Source: Eledone cirrhosa | Taxonomy: Eukaryota | DNA length: 64,000 nucleotides | Assembly (NCBI GenBank): GCA_964016885.1 | Contig: OZ024740.1 | Span: 59,830,001-59,894,000 of the forward strand | Reading direction: 5' to 3' | Shown here: in pieces, positions 38,101-53,100 of the stretch | Layout: the number at the start of each line of letters is the position of its first letter | Position numbering within the stretch: the stretch's first letter is position 1 | The notes under the pieces: model-generated | The model's input: the letters and a program-made list of their open reading frames with translations, nothing else | Database searches by the model: none | Told to the model about the DNA's origin: nothing | Program-made: the position numbers and the translations under genes

Positions 38101-41100
38101 TACATGAACACTTTACAGTGTGGGTTGGGTGCTTTTAGTTGTGACTCGTACAAGACCACTTTACAGTGTGGGCTGGATGCTTTTAGTTTTGACTCCTACA
38201 AGACCACTTTACAGTGTGGGTTGGGTGCATTTAGTTGTGACACATACATGACCACTTTACAGTGTGGGTTGGCTGCTTTTCGTTATGACTCCTACAAGAC
38301 CACTTTACAGTGTGGGCTGGATGCTTTTAGTTGTGACACCTGCAAGAACACTTTACAGTGTGAGCTGGATGCTTTTAGTTGTGACTCCTACAAGACCACT
38401 TTACAGTGTGGGTTGGGTGCTTTTAGTTGTGACTCATACAAGACCCCTTTACAGTGTGGGCTGGGTGCTTTTATTTGTGACTCCTACAAGACCACTTTAC
38501 AGTGTGGGCTGGGTGCTTTTATTTGTGACTCCTACAAGACCACTGAACAGTGTGGGCTGGGTGCTTTTAGTTTTGACTCCTACAAGACCACTTTACAGTG
38601 TGGGCTGGGTTCTTTTAGTTGTGACTCCTACAAGACCACTTTAGAGTGTGCGTTGAGTGCTTTTAGTTGTGACATCTGCATGACCACTTTACAGTGTGGG
38701 CTGGGTGCTTTTAGTTGTGACTCCTACAAGACCACTTTACAGTGTGGGCTGAGTGCTTTTAGTTGTGACTCCTACAAGACCACTTTACAGTGTGGGCTGG
38801 ATACTTTTAGTTGTGACTCCTACAAGACCACTTTACAGTGTGGGTTGGGTGCTTTTAGTTGTGACTCCTACAAGACCACATTACAGTGTGGTCTGGGTGC
38901 TTTTATTTGTGACACCTACAAGACCACTTTACAGTGTGGGCTGGGTGCTTTTAGTTGTGACACCTACATGACCACTTTACATTGTGGGTTGGGTGCTTTT
39001 ATTTGTGACACTTACATGACCACTTATCAGTGTGGCTTGGGTGCTTTTAGTTGTGACTCCTACAAGACCACTTTACAGTGTGGGCTGGGTACTTTTAGTT
39101 GTGACATCTGCATGACCACTTTACAGTGTGGGCTGGGTCCTTTTAGTTGTGACATCTACATGACCACTTTACAGTGTGGGTTGGGTGCTTTTAGTTGTGA
39201 CTCCTACAAGACCACTTTACAGTGTGGGCTGGGTTCTTTTAGTTGTGACATCTGCATGACCACTTTACAGTGTGGGCTGGGTCCTTTTAGTTGTGACATC
39301 TGCATGACCACTTTACAGTGTGGGTTGGGTGCTTTTAGTTGTGACACCTACAAGACCACTTTACAGTGTGCGTTGGGTGCTTTTAGTTGTGACATCTACA
39401 TGACCACTTTACAGTGTGGGTTGGGTGCTTTTATTTGTGACTCCTACAAGACCACTTTACAGTGTGGGTTGGGTGCTATTATTTGTGAAACCTACAAGAC
39501 CACTTTACAGTGTGGGTTGGGTGTTTTTAGATGTGACATCTACATGACCACTTTACAGTGTGGGTTGAGTGCTTTTATTGTGACACCTACAAGACCACTT
39601 TACAGTGTGGGCTGGATGCTTTTATTTGTGACTCCTACAAGACCACTTTACAGTGTGGGCTGGGTGCTTTTAGTTGTGACACCTACATGACCACTTTACA
39701 GTGTGGTTTGGGTACTTTTAGTTGTAACTCGTACAAGATCACTTTACAGTGTGGGCTGGATGCTTTTAGTTGTGACTCCTACAAGACCACTTTACAGTGT
39801 GGGTTGGGTGCATTTAGTTGTGACACATACATGACCACCTTACAGTGTGGGTTGGCTGCTTTTAGTTATGACTCCTACAAGACCACTTTACAGTGTGGGC
39901 TGGATGCTTTTAGTTGTGACACCTACAAGACCACTTTACAGTGTGGCTTGGGTGATTTAGTTGTGACTCCTACAAGACCACATTACAGTGTGGGCTGGGT
40001 GCTTTTATTTGTGACACCTACAAGACCACTTTACAGTGTGGGCTGGGTGCCTTTAGTTGTGAAACCTACATGACCACTTTACATTGTGGGTTGGGTGCTT
40101 TTATTTGTGAGTGCTACAAGACCACTTTACAGTGTGGGTTGGGTGCTTTTAGTTGTGACTCCTACAAGACGACTTTACAGTGTGGGTTGGGTGCTTTTAG
40201 TTGTAACAGCTACATGACCACTTTACAGTGTGGGTTGGGTGCTTTTATTGTGACACCTACAAGACCACTTTACAGTGTGGGCTGGATGCTTTTCTTTGTG
40301 ACACATACAAGACCACTTTACAGTGTGGGTTGGGTGCTTTTATTTGTGACACCTACATGACCACTTTACAGTGTGGGTTGGGTGCTTTTATTTGTGAGTC
40401 GTACAAGACCACTTTACAGTTTGGGTTGGATGCTTTTATTTGTGACACCTACAAGACCACTTTACAGTGTGGGTTGGGTGCTTTTATTTGTGACTCCTAC
40501 AAGACCACTTTACAGTGTGGGTTGGGTGCTATTATTTGTGAAACCTACAAGACCACTTTACAGTGTGGGTTGGGTGTTTTTAGATGTGACATCTACATGA
40601 CCACTTTACAGTGTGGGTTGAGTGCTTTTATTGTGACACCTACAAGACCACTTTACAGTGTGGGCTGGATGCTTTTATTTGTGACTCCTACAAGACCACT
40701 TTACAGTGTGGGCTGGGTGCTTTTAGTTGTGACACCTACATGACCACTTTACAGTGTGGTTTGGGTACTTTTAGTTGTAACTCGTACAAGATCACTTTAC
40801 AGTGTGGGCTGGATGCTTTTAGTTGTGACTCCTACAAGACCACTTTACAGTGTGGGTTGGGTGCATTTAGTTGTGACACATACATGACCACCTTACAGTG
40901 TGGGTTGGCTGCTTTTAGTTATGACTCCTACAAGACCACTTTACAGTGTGGGCTGGATGCTTTTAGTTGTGACACCTACAAGACCACTTTACAGTGTGGC
41001 TTGGGTGCTTTTAGTTGTGACTCCTACAAGACCACATTACAGTGTGGGCTGGGTGCTTTTATTTGTGACACCTACAAGACCACTTTACAGTGTGGGCTGG

Positions 41101-44100
41101 GTGCCTTTAGTTGTGACACCTACATGACCACTTTACATTGTGGGTTGGGTGCTTTTATTTGTGAGTGCTACAAGACCACTTTACAGTGTGGGTTGGGTGC
41201 TTTTAGTTGTGACTCCTACAAGACGACTTTACAGTGTGGGTTGGGTGCTTTTAGTTGTAACATCTACATGACCACTTTACAGTGTGGGTTGGGTGCTTTT
41301 ATTGTGACACCTACAAGACCACTTTACAGTGTGGGCTGGATGCTTTTCTTTGTGACACCTACAAGACCACTTTACAGTGTGGGTTGGGTGCTTTTATTTG
41401 TGACACCTACATGACCACTTTACAGTGTGGGTTGGGTGCTTTTATTTGTGAGTCGTACAAGACCACTTTACAGTTTGGGTTGGATGCTTTTATTTGTGAC
41501 ACCTACAAGACCACTTTACAGTGTGCGTTGGGTGCTTTTAGTTGTGACTCCTACAAGACCACTTTACGGTGTGCATTGGGTGCTTTTAGTTGTGACACCT
41601 GCATGACCACTTTACAGTGTGGGCTGGGTGCTTTTAGTTGTGACACCTACATGACCACTTTACAGTGTGGGCTGGGTGCTTTTAGTTGTGACTCCTACAA
41701 GACCACTTTACGGTGTGCATTGGGTGCTTTTAGTTGTGACACCTGCATGACCACTTTACAGTGTGGGTTGGGTGCATTTAGTTGTGACACATACATGACC
41801 ACTTTACAGTTTGGGTTGGCTGCTTTTCGTTATGACTCCTACAAGACCACTTTAAGGTGTGGGCTGGATGCTTTTAGTTGTGACACCTGCAAGAACACTT
41901 TACAGTGTGGGCTGGATGCTTTTAGTTGTGACTCATACAAGACAACTTTACAGTGTGGGCTGGGTGCTTTTATTTGTGACTCCTACAAGACCACTTTAGA
42001 GTGTGGGCTGGGTGCTTTTATTTGTGACACCTACAAGACCACTTTACAGTGTGGGCTGTGTTCTTTCAGTTGTGACTCCTACAAGACCACTTTACAGTGA
42101 ACGTTGGGTGCTTTTAGTTGTGACATCTGCATGACCACTTTACAGTGTGGGTTGGGTGCTTTTAGTTGTGACGCCTACAAGACCACTTTACAGTGTGGGC
42201 TGAGTGCTTTTAGTTGTGACTCCTACAAGACCACTTTACAGTGTGGGCTGGATACTTTTAGTTGTGACACCTACAAGACCACTTTACAGTGTGCGTTGGG
42301 TGCTTTTAGTTGTGACATCTACATGACCACTTTACAGTGTGGGTTGGGTGCTTTTATTGTGACACCTACAAGACCACTTTACAGTGTGGGCTGGGTGCTT
42401 TTAGTTGTGACTCCTACAAGACCACTTTACAGTGTGGGTTGGGTGCTTTTATTTGTGACTCCTACAAGACCATTTTACAGTGTGGGTTGGGTGCTATTAT
42501 TTGTGAAACCTACAAGACCACTTTACAGTGTGGGCTGGATACTTTTATTTGTGACACCTACAAGACGACTTTACAGTGTGGGTTCGGTGCTTTTAGTTGT
42601 GACATCTACACGACCACTTTACAGTGTGGGTTGGGTGCTTTTATTGTGACACCTACAAGACCACTTTACAGTGTGGGCTGGATGCTTTTATTTGTGACTC
42701 CTACAAGACCATTTTACAGTGTGGGCTGGGTGCTTTTAGTTGTGACACCTACATGAACACTTTACAGTGTGGGTTGGGTGCTTTTAGTTGTGACTCGTAC
42801 AAGACCACTTTACAGTGTGGGCTGGATGCTTTTAGTTTTGACTCCTACAAGACCACTTTACAGTGTGGGTTGGGTGCATTTAGTTGTGACACATACATGA
42901 CCACTTTACAGTGTGGGTTGGCTGCTTTTCGTTATGACTCCTACAAGACCACTTTACAGTGTGGGCTGGATGCTTTTAGTTGTGACACCTGCAAGAACAC
43001 TTTACAGTGTGAGCTGGATGCTTTTAGTTGTGACTCCTACAAGACCACTTTACAGTGTGGGTTGGGTGCTTTTAGTTGTGACTCATACAAGACCCCTTTA
43101 CAGTGTGGGCTGGGTGCTTTTATTTGTGACTCCTACAAGACCACTTTACAGTGTGGGCTGGGTGCTTTTATTTGTGACTCCTACAAGACCACTGAACAGT
43201 GTGGGCTGGGTGCTTTTAGTTTTGACTCCTACAAGACCACTTTACAGTGTGGGCTGGGTTCTTTTAGTTGTGACTCCTACAAGACCACTTTAGAGTGTGC
43301 GTTGAGTGCTTTTAGTTGTGACATCTGCATGACCACTTTACAGTGTGGGCTGGGTGCTTTTAGTTGTGACTCCTACAAGACCACTTTACAGTGTGGGCTG
43401 AGTGCTTTTAGTTGTGACTCCTACAAGACCACTTTACAGTGTGGGCTGGATACTTTTAGTTGTGACTCCTACAAGACCACTTTACAGTGTGGGTTGGGTG
43501 CTTTTAGTTGTGACTCCTACAAGACCACATTACAGTGTGGTCTGGGTGCTTTTATTTGTGACACCTACAAGACCACTTTACAGTGTGGGCTGGGTGCTTT
43601 TAGTTGTGACACCTACATGACCACTTTACATTGTGGGTTGGGTGCTTTTCTTTGTGACACTTACATGACCACTTATCAGTGTGGCTTGGGTGCTTTTAGT
43701 TGTGACTCCTACAAGACCACTTTACAGTGTGGGCTGGGTACTTTTAGTTGTGACATCTGCATGACCACTTTACAGTGTGGGCTGGGTCCTTTTAGTTGTG
43801 ACATCTACATGACCACTTTACAGTGTGGGTTGGGTGCTTTTAGTTGTGACTCCTACAAGACCACTTTACAGTGTGGGCTGGGTTCTTTTAGTTGTGACAT
43901 CTGCATGACCACTTTACAGTGTGGGCTGGGTCCTTTTAGTTGTGACATCTGCATGACCACTTTACAGTGTGGGTTGGGTGCTTTTAGTTGTGACTCCTAC
44001 AAGACCACTTTACAGTGTGAGCTGGATGCTTTAATTTTGACTCCTACAAGACCACTTTACAGTGTGGGTTGGGTGCTTTTAGTTGTGACTCCTACAAGAC

Positions 44101-47100
44101 CACTTTACAGTGTGGGTTTGGGTGCTTTTAGTTGTGACTCCTACAAGACCACTTTACAGTGTCGGTTGGGTGCTTTTATTTGTGACTACTACAAGACCAG
44201 TTTACAGTGTGGGTTGGGTGCTATTATTTGTGAAACCTACAAGACCACTTTACAGTCTGGGCTGGATACTTTTATTTGTGACTCCTACAAGACCACTTTA
44301 CAGTGTGGGTTGGGTGCTTTTAGTTGTGACATCTACATGACCACTTTACAGTGTGGGTTGGGTGCTTTTATTGTGACACCTACAAGACTATTTTACAGTG
44401 TGGGCTGGATGCTTTTATTTGTGACTCCTACAAGACCACTTTACAGTGTGGGCTGGGTGCTTTTAGTTGTGACACCTACATGACCACTTTACAGTGTGGG
44501 TTGGGTGCTTTTAGTTGTGACATCTACACGACCACATTACAGTGTGGGTTGGGTGCTTTTATTGTGACACCTACAAGACCACTTTACAGTGTGGGCTGGA
44601 TGCTTTTATTTGTGACTCCTAAAAGACCATTTTACAGTGTGGGCTGGGTGCTTTTAGTTGTGACACCTACATGACCACTTTACATTGTGGGTTGGGTGCT
44701 TTTATTTGTGACACTTACATGACCACTTATCAGTGTGGCTTGGGTGCTTTTAGTTGTGACTCCTACAAGACCACTTTACAGTGTGGGCTGGGTTCTGTTA
44801 GTTGTGACATCTGCATGACCACTTTACGGTGTGGGCTGGGTCCTTTTAGTTGTGACTCCTACAAGACCACTTTACAGTGTGGGCTGGGTTCTTTTAGTTG
44901 TGACATCTGCATGACCACTTTACAGTGTGGGTTGGGTGCTTTTAGTTGTGACTCCTACAAGACCACTTTACAGTGTGGGCTGGGTTCTTTTAGTTGTGAC
45001 ATCTGCATGACCACTTTACAGTGTGAGCTGGATGCTTTAATTGTGACTCCTACAAGACCACTTTACAGTGTGGGTTGGGTGCTATTATTTGTGAAACCTA
45101 CAAGACCACTTTACAGTGTGGGTTGAGTGCTTTTATTGTGACACCTACAAGACCACTTTACAGTGTGGGCTGGATGCTTTTATTTGTGACTCCTACAAGA
45201 CCACTTTACAGTGTGGGCTGGGTGCTTTTAGTTGTGACACCTACATGACCACTTTACGGTGTGGGTTGGGTGCATTTAGTTGTGACACATACATGACCAC
45301 CTTACAGTGTGGGTTGGCTGCTTTTAGTTATGACTCCTAGAAGACCACTTTACAGTGTGGGCTGGATGCTTTTAGTTGTGACACCTACAAGACCACTTTA
45401 CAGTGTGGGTTGGGTGCTTTTAGTTGTGACTCCTACAAGACGACTTTACAGTGTGGGTTGGGTGCTTTTAGTTGTAACATCTACATGACCACTTTACAGT
45501 GTGGGTTGGGTGCTTTTAGTTATGACTCCTAGAAGACCACTTTACAGTGTGGGCTGGATGCTTTTAGTTGTGACACCTACAAGACCACTTTACAGTGTGG
45601 GTTGGGTGCTTTTAGTTGTGACTCCTACAAGACGACTTTACAGTGTGGGTTGGGTGCTTTTAGTTGTAACATCTACATGACCACTTTACAGTGTGGGTTG
45701 GGTGCTTTTATTGTGACACCTACAAGACCACTTTACAGTGTGGGCTGGATGCTTTTATTTGTGACACCTACAAGACCACTTTACAGTGTGGGTTGGGTGC
45801 TTTTATTTGTGACACCTACATGACCACTTTACAGTGTGGGTTGGGTGCTTTTATTTGTGACTCTTACAAGACCACTTTACAGTTTGGGTTGGATGCTTTT
45901 ATTTGTGACACCTACATGACCACTTTACAGTGTGCGTTGGGTGCTTTTAGTTGTGACTCCTACAGGACCACTTTACGGTGTTCATTGGGTGCTTTTAGTT
46001 GTGACACCTGCATGACCACTTTACAGTGTGGGCTGGGTGCTTTTAGTTGTGACACCTACATGACCACTTTACAGTGTGGGCTGGGTGCTTTTAGTTGTAA
46101 ATCCTACAAGACCACTTTACGGTGTGCATTGGGTGCTTTTAGTTGTGACACCTGCATGACCACTTTACAGTGTGGGCTGGGTGCTTTTAGTTGTGACACC
46201 TACATGACCACTTTACAGTGTGGGCTGGGTGCTTTTAGTTGTGACTCCTACAAAACCACTTTACAGTGTGGGCTGGGTGCTTTTATTTGTGACACCTACA
46301 AGACCACTTTACAGTGTGGGCTGGGTGCTTTTAGTTGTGACACCTACATGACCACTTTACATTGTGGGTTGGGTGCTTTTATTTGTGACACTTACATGAC
46401 CACTTATCAGTGTGGCTTGGGTGCTTTTAGTTGTGACTCCTACAAGACCACTTTACAGTGTGGGCTGGGTTCTTTTAGTTGTGACATCTGCATGACCACT
46501 TTATGGTGTGGGCTGGGTCCTTTTAGTTGTGACTCCTACAAGACCACTTTACAGTGTGGGCTGGGTTCTTTTAGTTGTGACATCTGCATGACCACTTTAC
46601 AGTGTGGGTTGGGTGCTTTTAGTTGTGACTCCTACAAGACCACTTTACAGTGTGGGCTGGGTTCTTTTAGTTGTGACATCTGCATGACCACTTTACAGTG
46701 TGAGCTGGATGCTTTAATTGTGACTCCTACAAGACCACTTTACAGTGTGGGTTGGGTGCTATTATTTGTGAAACCTACAAGACCACTTTACAGTGTGGGT
46801 TGGGTGCTTTTAGATGTGACATCTACATGACCACTTTACAGTGTGGGTTGAGTGCTTTTATTGTGACACCTACAAGACCACTTTACAGTGTGGGCTGGAT
46901 GCTTTTATTTGTGACTCCTACAAGACCACTTTACAGTGTGGGCTGGGTGCTTTTAGTTGTGACACCTACATGACCACTTTACGGTGTGGGTTGGGTACTT
47001 TTAGTTGTGACTCGTACAAGACCACTTTACAGTGTGGGCTGGATGCTTTTAGTTGTGACTCCTACAAGACCACTTTACAGTGTGGGTTGGGTGCATTTAG

Positions 47101-50100
47101 TTGTGACACATACATGACCACCTTACAGTGTGGGTTGGCTGCTTTTAGTTATGACTCCTAGAAGACCACTTTACAGTGTGGGCTGGATGCTTTTAGTTGT
47201 GACACCTACAAGACCACTTTACAGTGTGGGTTGGGTGCTTTTAGTTGTGACTCCTACAAGACCACATTACAGTGTGGGCTGGATACTTTTATTTGTGACA
47301 CCTACAAGACGACTTTACAGTGTGGGTTGGGTGCTTTTAGTTGTGACTCCTACAAGACCACTTTACAGTGTGGGTTGGGTGCTTTTATTTGTGACTCCTA
47401 CAAGACCACTTTACAGTGTGGGTTGGGTGCTATTATTTGTGAAACCTACAAGACCACTTTACAGTGTGGGCTGGATACTTTTATTTGTGACACCTACAAG
47501 ACGACTTTACAGTGTGGGTTGGGTGCTTTTAGTTGTGACACCTACATGACCACTTTACAGTGTGGGTTGGGTGCTTTTAGTTGTGACATCTACACGACCA
47601 CATTACAGTGTGGGTTGGGTGCTTTTATTGTGACACCTACAAGACCACTTTACAGTGTGGGCTGGATGCTTTTATTTGTGACTCCTAAAAGACCATTTTA
47701 CAGTGTGGGCTGGGTGCTTTTAGTTGTGACACCTACATGACCACTTTACATTGTGGGTTGGGTGCTTTTATTTGTGACACTTACATGACCACTTATCAGT
47801 GTGGCTTGGGTGCTTTTAGTTGTGACTCCTACAAGACCACTTTACAGTGTGGGCTGGGTTCTGTTAGTTGTGACATCTGCATGACCACTTTACGGTGTGG
47901 GCTGGGTCCTTTTAGTTGTGACTCCTACAAGACCACTTTACAGTGTGGGCTGGGTTCTTTTAGTTGTGACATCTGCATGACCACTTTACAGTGTGGGTTG
48001 GGTGCTTTTAGTTGTGACTCCTACAAGACCACTTTACAGTGTGGGCTGGGTTCTTTTAGTTGTGACATCTGCACGACCACTTTACAGTGTGAGCTGGATG
48101 CTTTAATTGTGACTCCTACAAGACCACTTTACAGTGTGGGTTGGGTGCTATTATTTGTGAAACCTACAAGACCACTTTACAGTGTGGGTTGAGTGCTTTT
48201 ATTGTGACACCTACAAGACCACTTTACAGTGTGGGCTGGATGCTTTTATTTGTGACTCCTACAAGACCACTTTACAGTGTGGGCTGGGTGCTTTTAGTTG
48301 TGACACCTACATGACCACTTTACGGTGTGGGTTGGGTGCATTTAGTTGTGACACATACATGACCACCTTACAGTGTGGGTTGGCTGCTTTTAGTTATGAC
48401 TCCTAGAAGACCACTTTACAGTGTGGGCTGGATGCTTTTAGTTGTGACACCTACAAGACCACTTTACAGTGTGGGTTGGGTGCTTTTAGTTGTGACTCCT
48501 ACAAGACGACTTTACAGTGTGGGTTGGGTGCTTTTAGTTGTAACATCTACATGACCACTTTACAGTGTGGGTTGGGTGCTTTTAGTTATGACTCCTAGAA
48601 GACCACTTTACAGTGTGGGCTGGATGCTTTTAGTTGTGACACCTACAAGACCACTTTACAGTGTGGGTTGGGTGCTTTTAGTTGTGACTCCTACAAAACG
48701 ACTTTACAGTGTGGGTTGGGTGCTTTTAGTTGTAACATCTACATGACCACTTTACAGTGTGGGTTGGGTGCTTTTATTGTGACACCTACAAGACCACTTT
48801 ACAGTGTGGGCTGGATGCTTTTATTTGTGACACCTACAAGACCACTTTACAGTGTGGGTTGGGTGCTTTTATTTGTGACACCTACATGACCACTTTACAG
48901 TGTGGGTTGGGTGCTTTTATTTGTGACTCTTACAAGACCACTTTACAGTTTGGGTTGGATGCTTTTATTTGTGACACCTACATGACCACTTTACAGTGTG
49001 CGTTGGGTGCTTTTAGTTGTGACTCCTACAGGACCACTTTACGGTGTTCATTGGGTGCTTTTAGTTGTGACACCTGCATGACCACTTTACAGTGTGGGCT
49101 GGGTGCTTTTAGTTGTGACACCTACATGACCACTTTACAGTGTGGGCTGGGTGCTTTTAGTTGTAAATCCTACAAGACCACTTTACGGTGTGCATTGGGT
49201 GCTTTTAGTTGTGACACCTGCATGACCACTTTACAGTGTGGGCTGGGTGCTTTTAGTTGTGACACCTACATGACCACTTTACAGTGTGGGCTGGGTGCTT
49301 TTAGTTGTGACTCCTACAAAACCACTTTACAGTGTGGGCTGGGTGCTTTTATTTGTGACACCTACAAGACCACTTTACAGTGTGGGCTGGGTGCTTTTAG
49401 TTGTGACACCTACATGACCACTTTACATTGTGGGTTGGGTGCTTTTATTTGTGACACTTACATGACCACTTATCAGTGTGGCTTGGGTGCTTTTAGTTGT
49501 GACTCCTACAAGACCACTTTACAGTGTGGGCTGGGTTCTTTTAGTTGTGACATCTGCATGACCACTTTATGGTGTGGGCTGGGTCCTTTTAGTTGTGACT
49601 CCTACAAGACCACTTTACAGTGTGGGCTGGGTTCTTTTAGTTGTGACATCTGCATGACCACTTTACAGTGTGGGTTGGGTGCTTTTAGTTGTGACTCCTA
49701 CAAGACCACTTTACAGTGTGGGCTGGGTTCTTTTAGTTGTGACATCTGCATGACCACTTTACAGTGTGAGCTGGATGCTTTAATTGTGACTCCTACAAGA
49801 CCACTTTACAGTGTGGGTTGGGTGCTATTATTTGTGAAACCTACAAGACCACTTTACAGTGTGGGTTGGGTGCTTTTAGATGTGACATCTACATGACCAC
49901 TTTACAGTGTGGGTTGAGTGCTTTTATTGTGACACCTACAAGACCACTTTACAGTGTGGGCTGGATGCTTTTATTTGTGACTCCTACAAGACCACTTTAC
50001 AGTGTGGGCTGGGTGCTTTTAGTTGTGACACCTACATGACCACTTTACGGTGTGGGTTGGGTACTTTTAGTTGTGACTCGTACAAGACCACTTTACAGTG

Positions 50101-53100
50101 TGGGCTGGATGCTTTTAGTTGTGACTCCTACAAGACCACTTTACAGTGTGGGTTGGGTGCATTTAGTTGTGACACATACATGACCACCTTACAGTGTGGG
50201 TTGGCTGCTTTTAGTTATGACTCCTAGAAGACCACTTTACAGTGTGGGCTGGATGCTTTTAGTTGTGACACCTACAAGACCACTTTACAGTGTGGGTTGG
50301 GTGCTTTTAGTTGTGACTCCTACAAGACCACATTACAGTGTGGGCTGGATACTTTTATTTGTGACACCTACAAGACGACTTTACAGTGTGGGTTGGGTGC
50401 TTTTAGTTGTGACTCCTACAAGACCACTTTACAGTGTGGGTTGGGTGCTTTTATTTGTGACTCCTACAAGACCACTTTACAGTGTGGGTTGGGTGCTATT
50501 ATTTGTGAAACCTACAAGACCACTTTACAGTGTGGGCTGGATACTTTTATTTGTGACACCTACAAGACGACTTTACAGTGTGGGTTGGGTGCTTTTAGTT
50601 GTGACATCTACATGACCACTTTACAGTGTGGGTTGGGTGCTTTTATTGTGACACCTACAAGACCACTTTACAGTGTGGGCTGGATGCTTTTATTTGTGAC
50701 TCCTACAAGACCATTTTACAGTGTGGGCTGGGTGCTTTTAGTTGTGACACCTACATGAACACTTTACAGTGTGGGTTGGGTGCTTTTAGTTGTGACTCGT
50801 ACAAGACCACTTTACAGTGTGGGCTGGATGCTTTTAGTTGTGACACATACATGACCACTTTACAGTGTGGGTTGGCTGCTTTTCGTTATGACTCCTACAA
50901 GACCACTTTACAGTGTGGGCTGGATGCTTTTAGTTGTGACACCTGCAAGAACACTTTACAGTGTGGGCTGGATGCTTTTAGTTGTGACTCCTACAAGACC
51001 ACTTTACAATGTGGGTTGGGTGCTTTTAGTTGTGACTCATACAAAACCACCTTACAGTGTGGGCTGGGTGCTTTTATTTGTGACTCCTACAAGACCACTT
51101 TACAGTGTGGGCTGGGTGCTTTTATTTGTGACTCCTACAAGACCACTGAACAGTGTGGGCTGGGTGCTTTTAGTTGTGACTCCTACAAGACCACTTTACA
51201 GTGTGGGCTGGGTTCTTTTAGTTGTGACTACTACAAGACCACTTTACAGTGTGCGTTGGGTGCTTTTAGTTGTGACATCTGCATGACCACTTTACAGTGT
51301 GGGCTGGGTGCTTTTAGTTGTGACTCCTACAAGACCACTTTACAGTGTGGGCTGAGTGCTTTTAGTTGTGACTCCTACAAGACCACTTTACAGTGTGGGC
51401 TGGATACTTTTAGTTGTGACACCTACAAGACCACTTTACAGTGTGCGTTGGGTGCTTTTAGTTGTGACATCTACATGACCACTTTACAGTGTGGGTTGGG
51501 TGCTTTTATTGTGACACCTACAAGACCACTTTACAGTGTGGGCTGGGTGCTTTTAGTTGTGACTCCTACAAAACCACTTTACAGTGTGGGTTGGGTGCTT
51601 TTATTTGTGACACCTAAATGACCACTTTACAGTGTGGGTTGGGTGCTTTTAGTTGTGTCTCCTACAAGACCACTTAACAGTGTGGGCTGGGTGCTTTTAA
51701 TTGTGACTGCTACAAGACCACTTTACAGTGTGGGTTGGGTGCTTTTAGTTGTGACTCCTACAAGACGACTTTACAGTGTGGGTTGGGTGCATTTAGTTGT
51801 AACATCTACATGACCACTTTACAGTGTGGGTTGGGTGCTTTTATTGTGACACCTACAAGACCACTTTACAGTGTGGGCTGGATGCTTTTATTTGTGACAC
51901 CTACAAGACCACTTTACAGTGTGGGTTGGGTGCTTTTATTTGTGACACCTACATGAACACTTTACAGTGTGGGTTGGGTGCTTTTATTTGTGACTCTTAC
52001 AAGACCACTTTACAGTTTGGGTTGGATGCTTTTATTTGTGACACCTACAAGACCACTTTACAGTGTGCGTTGGGTGCTTTTAGTTGTGACTCCTACAAGA
52101 CCACTTTACGGTGTGCATTGGGTGCTTTTAGTTGTGACACCTGCATGACCACTTTACAGTGTGGGCTGGGTGCTTTTAGTTGTGACACCTACATGACTAC
52201 TTTACAGTGTGGGCTGGGTGCTTTTAGTTGTGACTCCTACAAAACCACTTTACAGTGTGGGTTGGGTGCTTTTATTTGTGACACCTAAATGACCACTTTA
52301 CAGTGTGGGTTGGGTGCTTTTAGTTGTAACTCCTACAAGACCACTTTACAGTGTGGGCTGTGTGCTTTTAGTTGTGACTCCTATAAGACCACTTTACAGT
52401 TTGGGTTGGGTGCTTTTATTTGTGACACCTACATGACCACTTTACAGTGTCGGTTGGGTGCTTTTATTTGTGACTCCTACAAGACCACTTTACAGTTTGG
52501 GTTGGATGCTTTTATTTGTGACACCTCCAAGACCACTTTATAGTGTGGGTTGGGTGCTTTTATTTGTGACTCCTACAAGACCACTTTACAGTGTGGGCTG
52601 GGTGCTTTTATTTGTGACACCTACAAGACCACTTTACAGTGTGGGCTGGATACTTTTATTTGTGACACATACAAGATCACTTTACAGTGTGGGTTGGGTG
52701 CTTTTAGATGTGACATCTACATGACCACTTTACAGTGTGGGTTGGGTGCTTTTATTGTGACACCTACAAGACCACTTTACAGTGTGGGCTGGATGCTTTT
52801 AGTTGTGACAGCTACAAGACCACTTTACAGTGTGGTTTGGGTGCATTTAGTTGTGACACATACATGACCACTTTACAATGTGGGCTGGGTGCTTTTATTT
52901 GTGACTCCTACAAGACCACTTTACAGTGTGGGCTGGGTGCTTTTATTTGTGACACCTACAAGACCACTTTACAGTGTGGGCTGGGTGCTTTTAGTTGTGA
53001 CACCTACATGACCACTTTACATTGTGGGTTGGGTGCTTTTATTTGTGACACTTACATGACCACTTATCAGTGTGGCTTGGGTGCTTTTAGTTGTGACTCC

